Positions 1 through 11,582 of a stretch of DNA of 64,000 nt are shown here, piece by piece. The stretch comes from Schizosaccharomyces osmophilus (Eukaryota). A program made the position numbers and the translations under genes. Location of the stretch: positions 868,001 through 932,000 of the forward strand of contig NC_079239.1 in NCBI RefSeq assembly GCF_027921745.1, in the 5' to 3' direction. The notes beneath the pieces were generated by a model that saw nothing but the letters and a program-made list of their open reading frames with translations, had not been told where the DNA came from and did not search any database. How positions within the stretch are numbered: position 1 is the stretch's first letter; every line of letters begins with the position of its first letter.

Positions 1-521
1 CAATCCTTTCATATTTGTAGGATTATTTATTATTCAATCTCCAAATTGTATTTGGCAAAGGGATTGTCCAGCGATGTGTGGTTTCCCTCATGAAGGCAGT
101 ACTCGTTGCTACTCGCAAAAACCAAAATACGATGGACACTCCAGTACACTAAAATGAATTGAAACATCCGTAATCTCACATAAAGTATATGTGTGAGAGT
201 GTACCCTGAATCACTAAACTTTTTAGTGTGGGTGATTGCATTGCAGGGCAGCAGATATTCAGGAATTGAGACACAAGTACGAACTTACTACTGGGAAAGT
301 CATTCAGGTGAAGGCAAGAAACTTCATAATTTTGGTGAATCTTGTTGGTGTTAAAAGGGTTCAAGGTGCTCAATCCTCGTTGCTTGAATATAAATATATA
401 TATATATATTTACATACTTTTGAAACTGAACAAGCGTTTATTTACAAGTCTTGCAGGTCCTAGTCTGCAACACTAAAGTACTGAAAATAAGGATCTTCTT
501 GGACGCCTATTTGTATATGAA

Positions 522-3500
522 ATGAATACTGAAAATCCATTTGCGGCTCTTAGTCCAAGCCCAGCACCTTTTGCTGCTACTGCAGGTTATGAAGAAATTG
601 AAGAAGTAGACACATCGGTATGTCATGTTTTCTCCAACTTTGAGTATACTCTAACTTGCTTTTCTTTTTAGAAATATTTGTTTTCTGCCCTAAAAATTGG
701 CACTACCATTTCACTTGGTCAACCAATGTCCTCAGACCCTCCAGCTAAATCATATTTGTTTTCCATTCACAACTCGAGTGGACGGTTTGTCGCAGGTGTT
801 CCCAATGGTCTTGTTCTAGGCTCTACTTCATTTTTACACAAGTTCCTCGATGAGGCCCCGATGAACGCAGGCCCTCAACAACTTCCACTATCGTCTGAAG
901 TTGTCCACCTTACTATTCCAAATGCAAACTTCTCTTTTGTTGATTTTACTTCCAAAGGAACATGTGTTGTGGCATATAGCCTCTCTTCTCAAGAATTTAT
1001 TGTCTTTGATACGGCCTCCTGTTTACTGGGTAATGTCAATCCCCGCTGGAAAATTCAAGTGCCGAACTTGGACTTCATTCTTCCAAATCCAGAAGACGAT
1101 GATCTTATTGCTCTTCATTTAACTACGCTAGAGTTATGTATCTTTAGCATTTCTCAGTCGACCATACATTCTCCAATAGCCAGAGAAGCTACCACCATAG
1201 CTTGGTCAAGGCGCGGTAAGCAATGTGCTGTAGGATTTTTAAATGGTTCTATAGTTCAGTATACTCCCGATGGACAAGCTAAAAAGGAAATTGCTACTCC
1301 TTCTGGATTACAAGGTTTTTATGTCCAGGATATTGCATGGGTGCAAAATCGTGAGTTCATTGTCTATTATAGTCCTACATCAACATTGGCAAACAGTGAA
1401 CCTGAACACGAGTCGGTTTGCTATATTATTAGTTTGGGACTGGATCAATCAGTTAGTTATAAAACTGCGACAGATCCGACTCCTCCGTTTGGCGCTGACT
1501 ATCGTCATGATCACCATTATTTCTCCTTCCTTCAATCTTGGAGTCCAAATATAATATCTTTAGCAATCGTGTCAGCAAGTTCAAGCTCGGATATCGGTCT
1601 CTTTGCTCATCTGGTAGACTCAAACTCATGGAAGAGCTTGGTCATTTCCGAAGAAACAAAGAGAGCCTCTCTTCCATATTCTCAGGAAAAGGAGCAAGAT
1701 ACTTCTCCTTTGTCTCTCAGTTTAGACCTTACTTCTACAGAAAGAGTCCAGAAGCCATTGAGCCCAGCAGAATTTCCTGCGGACTGCCCTCCTCTCCCAA
1801 TTCTATGGATTTATGATACTGACTATCAGCTTTCGGGATTTCGATTCATTTATACCGATGCTATTACGGAAAATTCGATTTATCCTGAAATGGTCGTAGC
1901 CAAAAACATTTCGGGTTCTGAGACTGTTCGAACCTCTAACAATGAAAACGTTAATTCTTTTGCTTCTTTTTCAAACCCTCCTAAACCAGGCTCCCAAATG
2001 TCGTTTGGTGCCTTTCAAACTCAGAATCCTGCGAAAACATCGGCTTTTGGTCTTAACCAAGGCTCTCCTTTTGAAGCAGCGAACACAGCTCCGAAGTTTG
2101 GTGAGTCTTCATTCTCATTTAAAGTAAATTCCGCCCCTGCAAACAATGCGTTTTCGTCTAATAATTCCTTCTCTGGTTTTGGAACGAAACCTACTTCTTC
2201 CGCTTTTTCTTCTTTTGCTAGTACATCAACTCCCGCTAATTTATCTAACGTTCCAAAGGATAATGAAGCATCCTCGATTTTTGGAAATGCTAAAGGCACT
2301 GATAAACAGTCATCCTTGTTTTCTTCTGTTCCTCCTGAAAAAGCAGAGCCTGAAGAAGATATGGAATCAGACGTGGAGAGTGAAAAAGTCGAGTCACTAG
2401 CCAATGCCGATGCTGATCCTTCCGCGAATGAACCTGGTAATAGTAATATTAACTGGGGAAGTGGTTTATTTGGTAATGCTACCCAGCCCTCATTTTCCTT
2501 TGGCCTTAGTCTAGACGACAAAACACCGAAAGAAAACTTTTCTATTTTTGGTAATAAGCCGAAAACTACGACTGCATCATCTACTACTCAAGCGTCGGCT
2601 AAACCATTTTCCTTTGCACCCACAGATAAATCAGTCTTCAGCTCTCCTTATAAGCCAATAACTCCAGGATATGATGAGTTGCCAAGAAATGAGTCTGTAA
2701 CTAAGGAAAGTACCGAAGAAAAAGACCTCGAAAAGGACATTGCTGCTGAGGTGCTTGAGGGGAATACCTCAAAGGGCTCGCCAGAGAAGGAGGAAACAGA
2801 TAAAAGGCCTACAGAGGATACAGCCGACAAAGGTCCGCTACAATCAGACAATAAGGAGTTTGTTGAAGAAGACGATAAAGTGCCTGAGAAGGAGGAAACA
2901 GATAAAAGGCCTACAGAGGCTACAGCCGACAAAGGTCCGCTACAGTCAGACAACAAGGAGTTTGTTGAAGAAGACGATAAAGTGCCTGAGAAGGAGGAAA
3001 CAGATAAAAGGCCTACAGAGGCTACAGCCGACAAAGGTCCGCTACAGTCAGACAACAAGGAGTTTGTTAAAGAAAATGATAAAGTGCTTGAGGAGGAGGA
3101 AACAGATGAGAAACGTGCAGAACCTATCTTAGACGAAGGTTTCACAGATTATGTGAAATCCGAAAAAGCTACCGATGTTAATGAAACCAATCTTGAAAAT
3201 GATCGACAATCTCCCTTTATAGAGGAATTGAACGATGATGCCGATGAAGTTGATTCAGCGATAATGCCGAAGGAAAGTTCTTCTATGACTGACAGTAAGC
3301 TCCTAGATACTGAAGTTGATGAGGGTGAAAATCCATCTGGCGAGGTATCAAACGAAACGAATGAAAGTGAAGGTTGGGAAAAGATTGAAGCTATAGGAAA
3401 CGATTATGACGAAGCTTTGACCACGAAGTCCGAAGACAACCATGAGGATGTATCGCAGGCTCCTGTTATGCCTGAAGAGAAACCAACAAAAGCAGAGATG

Positions 3501-4523
3501 GAAAGAGAGGCTTTGACTGATGAGGATATTGAAAAGCAACCTGCTGGAATTCCAATCAAAGAGTCAAAGAACTTACCTTTCAAAACTAATAACAATGAAA
3601 GTGTTATCAACAAAGAATTTAAACATGAAGAAGTTTCTGAAAACTCTTTTGTCAATGAAGCTCCTAAGCCCTTAGAGAAAAAGCCTGTTCTTCTTCAAGC
3701 TCCAGATTTATTAGAAGATATGCAGGAGGCAGTTAGTACTGAATCCAACCCAATGGTAAATGCATTTGAAAATGTATACTTACAATTCGAGGCAGAGTTG
3801 GATCTAGTGTCCCGAAATATGGAAAAGCTAATTCATTATGTAAATGACCAATCCAATACCGGATATTCTAATGATATATATCCAAACATGACTTGTCTTT
3901 TTGATGATACTCAAGTATTGGAAAGTTTGCTTGATAAAGTAAGTTTATGGACATCTGGGAAAAGCGAATATGACAGAAAACTTGATGCTTTACGTGTGAC
4001 GCTCGTACGACTGAATGCTAAAAGAGTACAAATTCAAAGACTCATATACGCTCATACAGATCCTGTGTTTGTCAATCGACTTAAACTGCGGCAGTTAGGC
4101 CCTGAAGCACTTCGGCGACAAAAAGAGCTTCGTGTTTCCATGGAAAAGGTTCAAAGACTTATGACCTCCGCTGAAAACATGGCATACGATGTGCGCTTAA
4201 GCGACGTACAAAGCCGTAAACGCTTAAGCCTGGCTTCAATAGAAGTTGCATGCAGTCGTATTGCTACTGTTTTAAGTCAGCGAGAGCGAGAATTATTTAA
4301 GCTCGAAGCTGAAGTTAAAGGGTTGTCTAGCTCAAGCGGCAAAGGACCTTTTATGATGAATGACTTGAGTTCCAGTTTAACAAGTTCACTCGAAAAAGGA
4401 TCAGATTCTCTTGTTGAGCTACGCGAAGGTTCCAGATCATTAGCTAAACCGGAAACGCAACGTCAAGATGACTTTTGCGACCTTATCTTTAACAGTCTGT
4501 GTCTTTTAAAGAATAAAACCTAA
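522..4523 (+). CDS. nup146: Nucleoporin Nup146 (Nup159/NUP214 family); exons 522-617, 672-4523
   Basis: ATG at 522; intron 618-671 (GTATGT...CTAAC...TAG) joins in frame to the long ORF. N-terminal beta-propeller-like region, FG/SxFG repeats, acidic region, C-terminal coiled coil. Confidence 0.9.
2781..3110 (+). repeat. Coding tandem repeat in nup146, 102-bp (34-aa) unit, about 3.2 copies
   Basis: Units start at 2781, 2883, 2985 and 3087 (partial); PEKEETDKRPTE(D/A)TADKGPLQSDNKEFVEEDDKV; 3-4 nt differences between adjacent units. Confidence 0.97.
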
Positions 4524-4987
4524 GAGACCTTCATGAAATGTTTTATTGGATCTTTAAAAGGGTACATCACATTGTATAGAATAAAATAGATTTATATTGG
4601 AGTCGTTTAATTTATGTTTTAAAAAACTCTATAAAGAAATATACAAAATAAATTAAAACAACTAATTTTGTATGAATACATAATATTCCTCATTAAGTTC
4701 ACCTTATGAATTCTGCTAACCTGATCTGTAGACGATCAATACCAAGTATTTTAGACACTAGATATACAGTTTGGGTACGTATACAAGATGTATCGATAAT
4801 TTCTATCGGTAGACGAAAGACTATTTTATAGAGTGCTAAGTCTCTATATCTTTCTTGTGAATTGGAATACTAATTTATAGTTCCGACCAACATTGAAACC
4901 TTTAAGAGCACTTATAATACATAGTGCTATAAAAACCTAGTGTGTCTATTTAGAGTTTAAAAAAAAATTGTTTGATTAATAACAAAT

Positions 4988-6109
4988 ATGAGTGGAGCAT
5001 CTTTTAATCGTCTTAGTGCTTTGTCACATACCCTTCAAAAACAATTCACATCCAAGCGTGTTTCTGTTGGAGTTATCGGCTCTGGTAATTGGGGTACTGC
5101 CATCGCAAAAATATGCGGAGAAAATGCTGAAGCTCATCCGGAACTCTTTCATCCTCAAGTTCACATGTGGATGTATGAAGAAAACGTCGAACACCTTGGC
5201 GAAACTCGCAAACTTACCGAGATATTTAATTCGACTCATGAAAATATAAAGTATCTGAAGGGTGTTCAGTGTCCCTCTAATGTTTATGCCAACCCCGATA
5301 TTCGCGACGTTGGAGCCAGAAGTGATGTCCTTATATGGGTCCTTCCCCATCAGTTCGTTGTGCGAGTCTGCGATCAACTAAAAGGTCACTTGAAGAAAGA
5401 TGCCGTTGCTATTTCTTGTATCAAAGGAGTCTCAGTCAGTGCCGACCGGGTTCGTCTTTTTTCGGACATCATTCAGGAACGTACCGGTATGTACTGTGGT
5501 GTTCTTTCCGGAGCAAACATCGCCAGTGAGGTAGCAAAGGAAAAATTTTGTGAAACAACTATTGGGTACGATCCTGATAATTCAGTAAATCCTTTATATA
5601 CTCCTAACACCATACGTTCTGTGTTCAATCGACCCTACTTCCGTGTTCAAGTAGTCAAAGATGTTCCCGGTGTAGCTTTAGGTGGTGCCTTGAAGAACAT
5701 CGTCGCCGTTGCTGCTGGTATTATTGATGGACTTGAACTGGGCGATAATACAAAATCGGCCATTATGAGAATTGGCCTTGCAGAAATGCAAAAGTTTGGT
5801 GCTATGTTTTTTGATTGTGATCGTCTTACAATGAGTGAAGAATCTTGTGGTATTGCCGATTTGATCACCACTTGTCTTGGTGGTCGTAACCGTAAATGTG
5901 CTGTTGCTTTTGTTAAAACTGGCAAGCCTATGCATGTATTGGAGAACGAGCTTCTGAATGGCCAAAAGTTGCAAGGTGCAGCTACTGCTAAAGAAGTTCA
6001 CGAATTTTTGGAGCATCAAAATAAGGTGGATGAATTTCCTCTTTTCAAAGCCGTGTACAATATTGTCTTTAAAAATCTTCCTCCGAATAAACTACTGGAA
6101 GCTATTTAA
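4988..6109 (+). CDS. gpd2: NAD-dependent glycerol-3-phosphate dehydrogenase
   Basis: GSGNWGTAIAK Rossmann motif, LSGANIA, GGALKNIVA, DLITTCLGGRN; 373 aa; position next to nup146. Confidence 0.92.
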   Translation: MSGASFNRLSALSHTLQKQFTSKRVSVGVIGSGNWGTAIAKICGENAEAHPELFHPQVHMWMYEENVEHLGETRKLTEIFNSTHENIKYLKGVQCPSNVYANPDIRDVGARSDVLIWVLPHQFVVRVCDQLKGHLKKDAVAISCIKGVSVSADRVRLFSDIIQERTGMYCGVLSGANIASEVAKEKFCETTIGYDPDNSVNPLYTPNTIRSVFNRPYFRVQVVKDVPGVALGGALKNIVAVAAGIIDGLELGDNTKSAIMRIGLAEMQKFGAMFFDCDRLTMSEESCGIADLITTCLGGRNRKCAVAFVKTGKPMHVLENELLNGQKLQGAATAKEVHEFLEHQNKVDEFPLFKAVYNIVFKNLPPNKLLEAI

Positions 6110-6881
6110 TTTTACAAACACCTTTTGATGAGGTTATTATCTTTATAGTTTCATATCACATTTAGTCGATGATGAGGGCGTAGACAAGAAATATAATTGT
6201 ATTAGACTGCGAATTAAGTCGAACTTTAAATTCACTGTTTTTGTCTTGGGTAAATCTGTTACTGATGCCTACTATTTTATTCCTGCGTCCAATTCAATAT
6301 TTGGTTGATAGTTAGTAAAAAAAATTTTTTTTTGTTTTCAACAATGTTGAAAAAACTGAATGAACTTTTTAAGTAGCTCAAAAATGTAAGTTGATTAAAC
6401 CTGTCTTGGTACTCTTGGCCGAATTCCTCTCACTTTACTTTCCCATACATTTCCGAAACTTGCTGTACCCCAATAAAGTATTTGCGTTGAACAACACTTT
6501 TCTTCCTTGGTTTTATTTCTAATTTGTTTTAAAACTATCTATTCAATGTACGTTACTGTCTAAAAACAATTTTCAGGGAATTTATCATCATCAAGGCAAG
6601 AGCGTGTTGTCAATACCTGTGGTTTCTATTTCAGTTTGCAAACTGTTTGATCTTTTTTACATAATTACCAAAAAGTCGTTCACTTATTTTGGATTTCGTT
6701 TATTTGAAAGTTCAAGGTGTATATTCGATTTATAGTGAAGGAGGGTAATCCTTTTCCAAATAGCAGGTTCTATATTCTTTCTTTACACTTTTGCTTTCAT
6801 TTATAATACCCAAGATTCCTTATCGTTACCTATAACTAAGGTGTCGATCATTCATATATCTGTTTTTCAAAAACAAGAAAG

Positions 6882-8285
6882 ATGGAATCATTGGAAAGCG
6901 TCAACGCAAATAGTGGATCTACGGTGAGGAAGAGCTGGTGGTGGAGCACAAAAAGAAAGGGATACCAGGCTCCAGGTCCTTCAAAAAGTAGCTCATCTGG
7001 AAGGCGATCATCAGATGAAATCATTCCAGACGAATTAGTTGTCCTGGATGAGTCTTCTTTATGTAACGTTCCTATGGAGCTTCCTACAGGTGTATCCAAT
7101 GATACAGCTTCGAAAAGTTTTTCTAAACTTTCTCGCGAAGACCAGATGCTTAGTTTACGACTAAACTCTGTTCACGAATCAATGTTCAAAAAAGTCCCGC
7201 GTCAATTTACAGATGCCCTTCTTGATCCCGGTCCTCCGAGTAAGGAAAAGCAAGCTGTTCTTTCCGTTGGTAGACCCTCTTGGCTTCCTCCCAAATCGAA
7301 GGCGGAAGAAAAGCAACACCTCCGAGAATTTGAACAAATCAGGAGAACTGCTTTAAAGCATGATAAATTAAATGAAAAGGAAAAGATTAAAAAAATGGAA
7401 CAGCAGCGGAAAAAGAATCAACACCTAGTTGAATTTTGGGATCGTTACATATTTCGTTATTGGCCTGATAGCCTTACATCCTCCAAAGTTGCTGGTATTT
7501 GGAGAGAAGGCATTCCTTTTCGTATTCGTGGCAAGGCATGGCAAAAAGTAATTGGAAACCACTTGCAGTTAGATTATCAAACTTTCTTTCTTGCATGCGA
7601 AAGTGCGAAAAAACTTGCGCATTCTAATGAAAATGACCAGACCCAAGATATTAATATGTTCAGCCATGATAAGAGCGCCCTCGAAGTAGATATTGAAAGC
7701 ACGATACCTCACTTACATTTATTCCAAAAAGGAGAGGCCCTTCACAATGATCTGATACAATTAGTATCAGCGTTCTCGGCATATCGATACAACGTCCGCT
7801 ATGTTCCTGGTAGTACCTTTGTTGGAGCCTTGGTATTGCTGAATATGAATTTAACATCTGCTTTCAATGCGATGGTTAACCTTTTAGATCGTCCTTTTAT
7901 GCATGCCGTTTACACTCAGGATAAAGAAGCATTAGCTTCGTTTACAAATTTGTTTCTGAGCTCGTTAAAGAAATCACTTCCAGAATTGGCAACCCATTTT
8001 CAATTCACTTTACAGATTCAGCCAGACGAGTATTTATATCCTTTATTGCAAAGATTTTTCATTCCCATGAACTCGGTAGACATTTCTTCTCGAATTATGG
8101 ATTGTTATTTGTTTGAAGAAGATCCATTCTTGATTAAAGTGCTTGTGGCATTGTTTTCACAGTTGAAATATAAGTTGCTGGAAAACGATTTTCGTTTGTT
8201 GCAAAATACTTTGTTTTATCAGCCTTGGGAGCTTGGTAAAGAGGATGAGTTTATGAAAAAGGTTTTTGAAGCTTCTATCTCTTAA
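6882..8285 (+). CDS. TBC-domain Rab GTPase-activating protein (TBC1D12/14-like)
   Basis: WREGIPFRIRGKAW, LPPKSKAEEKQH, YVPG and RIMDCYLFE motifs typical of TBC domains. Confidence 0.85.
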   Translation: MESLESVNANSGSTVRKSWWWSTKRKGYQAPGPSKSSSSGRRSSDEIIPDELVVLDESSLCNVPMELPTGVSNDTASKSFSKLSREDQMLSLRLNSVHESMFKKVPRQFTDALLDPGPPSKEKQAVLSVGRPSWLPPKSKAEEKQHLREFEQIRRTALKHDKLNEKEKIKKMEQQRKKNQHLVEFWDRYIFRYWPDSLTSSKVAGIWREGIPFRIRGKAWQKVIGNHLQLDYQTFFLACESAKKLAHSNENDQTQDINMFSHDKSALEVDIESTIPHLHLFQKGEALHNDLIQLVSAFSAYRYNVRYVPGSTFVGALVLLNMNLTSAFNAMVNLLDRPFMHAVYTQDKEALASFTNLFLSSLKKSLPELATHFQFTLQIQPDEYLYPLLQRFFIPMNSVDISSRIMDCYLFEEDPFLIKVLVALFSQLKYKLLENDFRLLQNTLFYQPWELGKEDEFMKKVFEASIS

Positions 8286-8470
8286 AACAAATTCAAAAGT
8301 AAAACGTCAAGTCTTTATATTTATTTTGTGTAGGATAGCAGTTGGCATTAATACCAGAGAATTCAAGTGAAAATATAAGTTGAGTATTGAATTTTATTAT
8401 TGATAAGTTTAGCAGTTATATCAAAAATATGCGTGAGATAACTTGTTTTGGAATTATGATTTTCGTAACA

Positions 8471-9546
8471 TTAAGCAACAACTGAAATAAAGGAGAGAAG
8501 GTCTAATAATTGAAGTGATTCATCGGCTCCATCAGTAAGACGCTTATCGACTTCTGATAATTTTAAGAAAATTTTGTGCTTTGCTGGACTGCTGAGTGTT
8601 TCTTCACTTAATAAAACATCATGCAGCTGTGATAAAACAATTCCGGTTGAATAACCTTCTGCTTCTATTTCGCGTGTCATAGCTTCAATCTTTAAAATAT
8701 TTTTTGTGTACGCTGTATCAAGCAAAGTACGAATAATATTTAAAGGAACAGCTCCTGCGAGTTCAACGATACTTGCTACAGTGATTGGGCTTCCCTGATG
8801 AAGAGTAGCGGCACTCTGTAAAAATGTAATAGCCTTTCTCATATCACCGCCAGAATATTCTACGAGGGCATCAATAACACCGGTTTCCATTTGGACATTT
8901 TGATCTGTTGCAATAAGTTCAAGCCTTTTAGTGATATTTTCTGAATCCAAAGGCTTAAAGCGATACTTACTACAACGACTGGCTAGAGGATCGATAATTC
9001 TAGTCATATAATTACAGATTAAACAGAATCTGGTAATTTTTGCATACATTTCCATGGTTCGACGAAGAGCTGCTTGAGCGTCTTGAGTCATTGAATCAGC
9101 CTCATCAAGAATAATAATTTTAAAAGGAGGGCATGGATACCCATCTACTGAATTTGAAACAGTTGTCTTGGCGAAAGTTTTCACCTTGTCTCGAATAATG
9201 GAGATACCTCGCTCATCAGAAGCATTTAATTCCAAAATTCTTGACTTCATAAGCTGAGGCCCAAAGAGCTCTCGAGCCAAGGCTAAAATAGTTGAAGTTT
9301 TTCCTGTACCAGGAGAGCCATAGAAGAGCATGTGTGGTAAATTGCTGGACAATAAAGTCTTTTTTAGCACCTGGATAGTAGCTTCCTGAGAAGAAACTTG
9401 GTCTAAAGATTTGGGACGACTTCAAAACGCGTCAGTTTCCAATATTGCATGTGATATCTTTTATTTACTTACTATAATTCTACCCAAGGGACCGATTTCT
9501 TCGATTCCTGTTCAGTTTGCTTCGACCTTGGAACAAAGAAGGACAT
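8471..9546 (-). CDS. rfc2: Replication factor C subunit 2; exons 9546-9473, 9419-8471
   Basis: Intron 9420-9472 (GTAAGT...CTGAC...AAG) restores PWVELYRPK; Walker A GSPGTGKT, DEAD and SRC motifs; 340 aa. Confidence 0.95.
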
Positions 9547-9628
9547 TTCTATTATGGATGTATAGGATGAATGACAAAATCCTATATTTACAAAAAAAAA
9601 CAAGAAGGAGAGCTTTTGCTGGTACTGG

Positions 9629-9634
9629 ACGCGT
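9629..9634. promoter_or_regulatory. MCB element (ACGCGT) upstream of rfc2
   Basis: Exact MluI box about 85 bp upstream of the rfc2 ATG; a near-match GCGCGT lies at about 9659-9664. Confidence 0.5.
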
Positions 9635-9936
9635 TTTGAGAATAGAGAGGAGGAACGAGCGCGTAAAAATGAATTTCTGTTATACTAAATAGGTATGACA
9701 AAATTAGTAAATAATAGAGGATTTATGTTTGTAAAAAGAAAATGCAAATAATGCATTTGAAGGGTATGTCTATAACCATCGAAGATCGAAGTTTCTAGTT
9801 AAATAATAAAAACCATCGTGAGCAAAAATCGTAAAGCAGGAGATGCCAGAACATTCGGATAAGCAATAAAGTGAGTGGTCAAAAATAAAAAATTATGCGG
9901 GAACTGAAGGATTGGCCACTTCAGTTTCATTCTTAT

Positions 9937-11109
9937 TTAGCGGTTCGTTTCAAGGGAGGAAGAAATTGGTTTGTTCGACAGTCTCAAAAAATAGGTAAAT
10001 AGGATGTGGAATCTGTCAACAAAATGGTATCGATGTTCTAGTTGCAAGTCAGATAGCTTCTTTAATTGAGAAGAAAACTCAATAAGCTTTGTGTTTTCAA
10101 TCAATTCAGCGTTCAGACCTGAAAAGTTTTCTAATTTTTCCAAAATATAATGGACATCGGTCATTTCGGATTCAGTAGGGTAGTGATTGAAAGTAAGCAG
10201 AATTTTTTGTAACTTGTATCGGTAATACAGTAACGTCTTTGCTCGAGCATAATGGGCTTGAGCGTAAAGTTCCGCTGTACTAAGAGGCTGATTTAGCTGA
10301 AGGTTCAAAGAAAATACTGGGAGCTTTGGCGAAGCATGGATAATTTTTTCCGCTTCCTCGTCCAATTCTTCCTTTACTTCTTCTGGAGGTGCAAGGATTG
10401 GGGAAACCGTTTGGACTTTCTGTCGAATAAATCGGCCATGAGAGTCACGAGCTGAGATTTCTCCTTTTTCTTTATCTTGGCTTCTTTTGGGAGTCCTTTT
10501 GTCATTCGATCCTTTACCTGCTTTTGATGCTGAAGATATCTGCTCGTTTTCATGATCTTCAGATTGTTCGTTTTCTTCCTCATCTTCTTCTGTTTCCTCA
10601 ACATCAGAAAACGAGCAATCTTTCTTGATAGACTCGGCAATTGCCTCAATGGTCTGTCTAATATGAGAAGTAAACCGGTTTGATTCCAAAACATATAAAC
10701 ACTCATACAAATCCAAACAGCCAACATTACTCACTGGAATGATTGCATAGTCTCTAGAAGGAAGGAATTGTACTGCTAGCCCCTTGTATTTTGGTAATCG
10801 TTTCAATATATCCGAGGGTATCTCTTCTCTGCGGACGATCCTAGAGGGCCACCATGGATAGTGACTATATTTAACTAAAATATACTTCCCTTCTTTAAAG
10901 TATTCATCCGGCTTTTTATTAGGTTCATATTTTTTCAATGACCACCGCCGATCCTGCCTAACTTGCTTTTGAAGATTCTTTAACGAGTTCTCTGTCTTTG
11001 GCTTCTTCTTGGGATTTTGCGTTTTTAATACTTTCTTTGAATTCGCTTGTTTGTTTGATCTTTTTGATTTTGTATCGCGACTTTGGTTTGCAGCTCTTGT
11101 CGTTACCAT
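9937..11109 (-). CDS. pdp3: PWWP-domain chromatin protein
   Basis: VKYSHYPWWPSRI PWWP motif; first ATG at 11109; acidic middle region. Confidence 0.8.
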   Translation of the reverse strand: MVTTRAANQSRDTKSKRSNKQANSKKVLKTQNPKKKPKTENSLKNLQKQVRQDRRWSLKKYEPNKKPDEYFKEGKYILVKYSHYPWWPSRIVRREEIPSDILKRLPKYKGLAVQFLPSRDYAIIPVSNVGCLDLYECLYVLESNRFTSHIRQTIEAIAESIKKDCSFSDVEETEEDEEENEQSEDHENEQISSASKAGKGSNDKRTPKRSQDKEKGEISARDSHGRFIRQKVQTVSPILAPPEEVKEELDEEAEKIIHASPKLPVFSLNLQLNQPLSTAELYAQAHYARAKTLLYYRYKLQKILLTFNHYPTESEMTDVHYILEKLENFSGLNAELIENTKLIEFSSQLKKLSDLQLEHRYHFVDRFHILFTYFLRLSNKPISSSLETNR

Positions 11110-11582
11110 GACGAAACTTTGCAAAGCCAGCAAGTAAGTTCGGTTAGATGTGAACAGCTACCAGCTTCAACCTACAATGTTCAGCTGCCTTTATTTTCAT
11201 AAATCTGGCATAAAATAGATATATCGGCTTTCTTTCTTTTTTTGAAATTCCTTCAAAGGACGAACGAGAATAATGTGTTGCTGTAATATCGTATTTTATG
11301 ATAATGCATAGCGTTAGGGTTGCTTAGTAAACAAGAATCCGATCTTTGGTAACATTCGACTATAAACCATATAATGATAAACATTGCCAAGATCAATTGA
11401 ATTTTTGAATTTAATAGCGATAAAATAATTAATTAATACAGATACATTATTTGTACTTCGAAAGCCATGCAATCTAACTCAAAGACACCTCTTCCTAGTA
11501 TATATAAAGAGGTTCACTACGTCTCTTTATAATAGTATGCACATCCTCTTGTTGGCTAGTTAACGAAACCTTTGCCAACATT

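Noticed and set aside
1..12. Possible start codon (ATGAAAGGATTG, minus strand) of a gene diverging from nup146
   Set aside because: Only four codons are inside the window, so it cannot be supported.
2021..3655. Overlapping antisense and alternate-frame ORFs within nup146
   Set aside because: By-products of low-complexity sequence and the 102-bp repeat.
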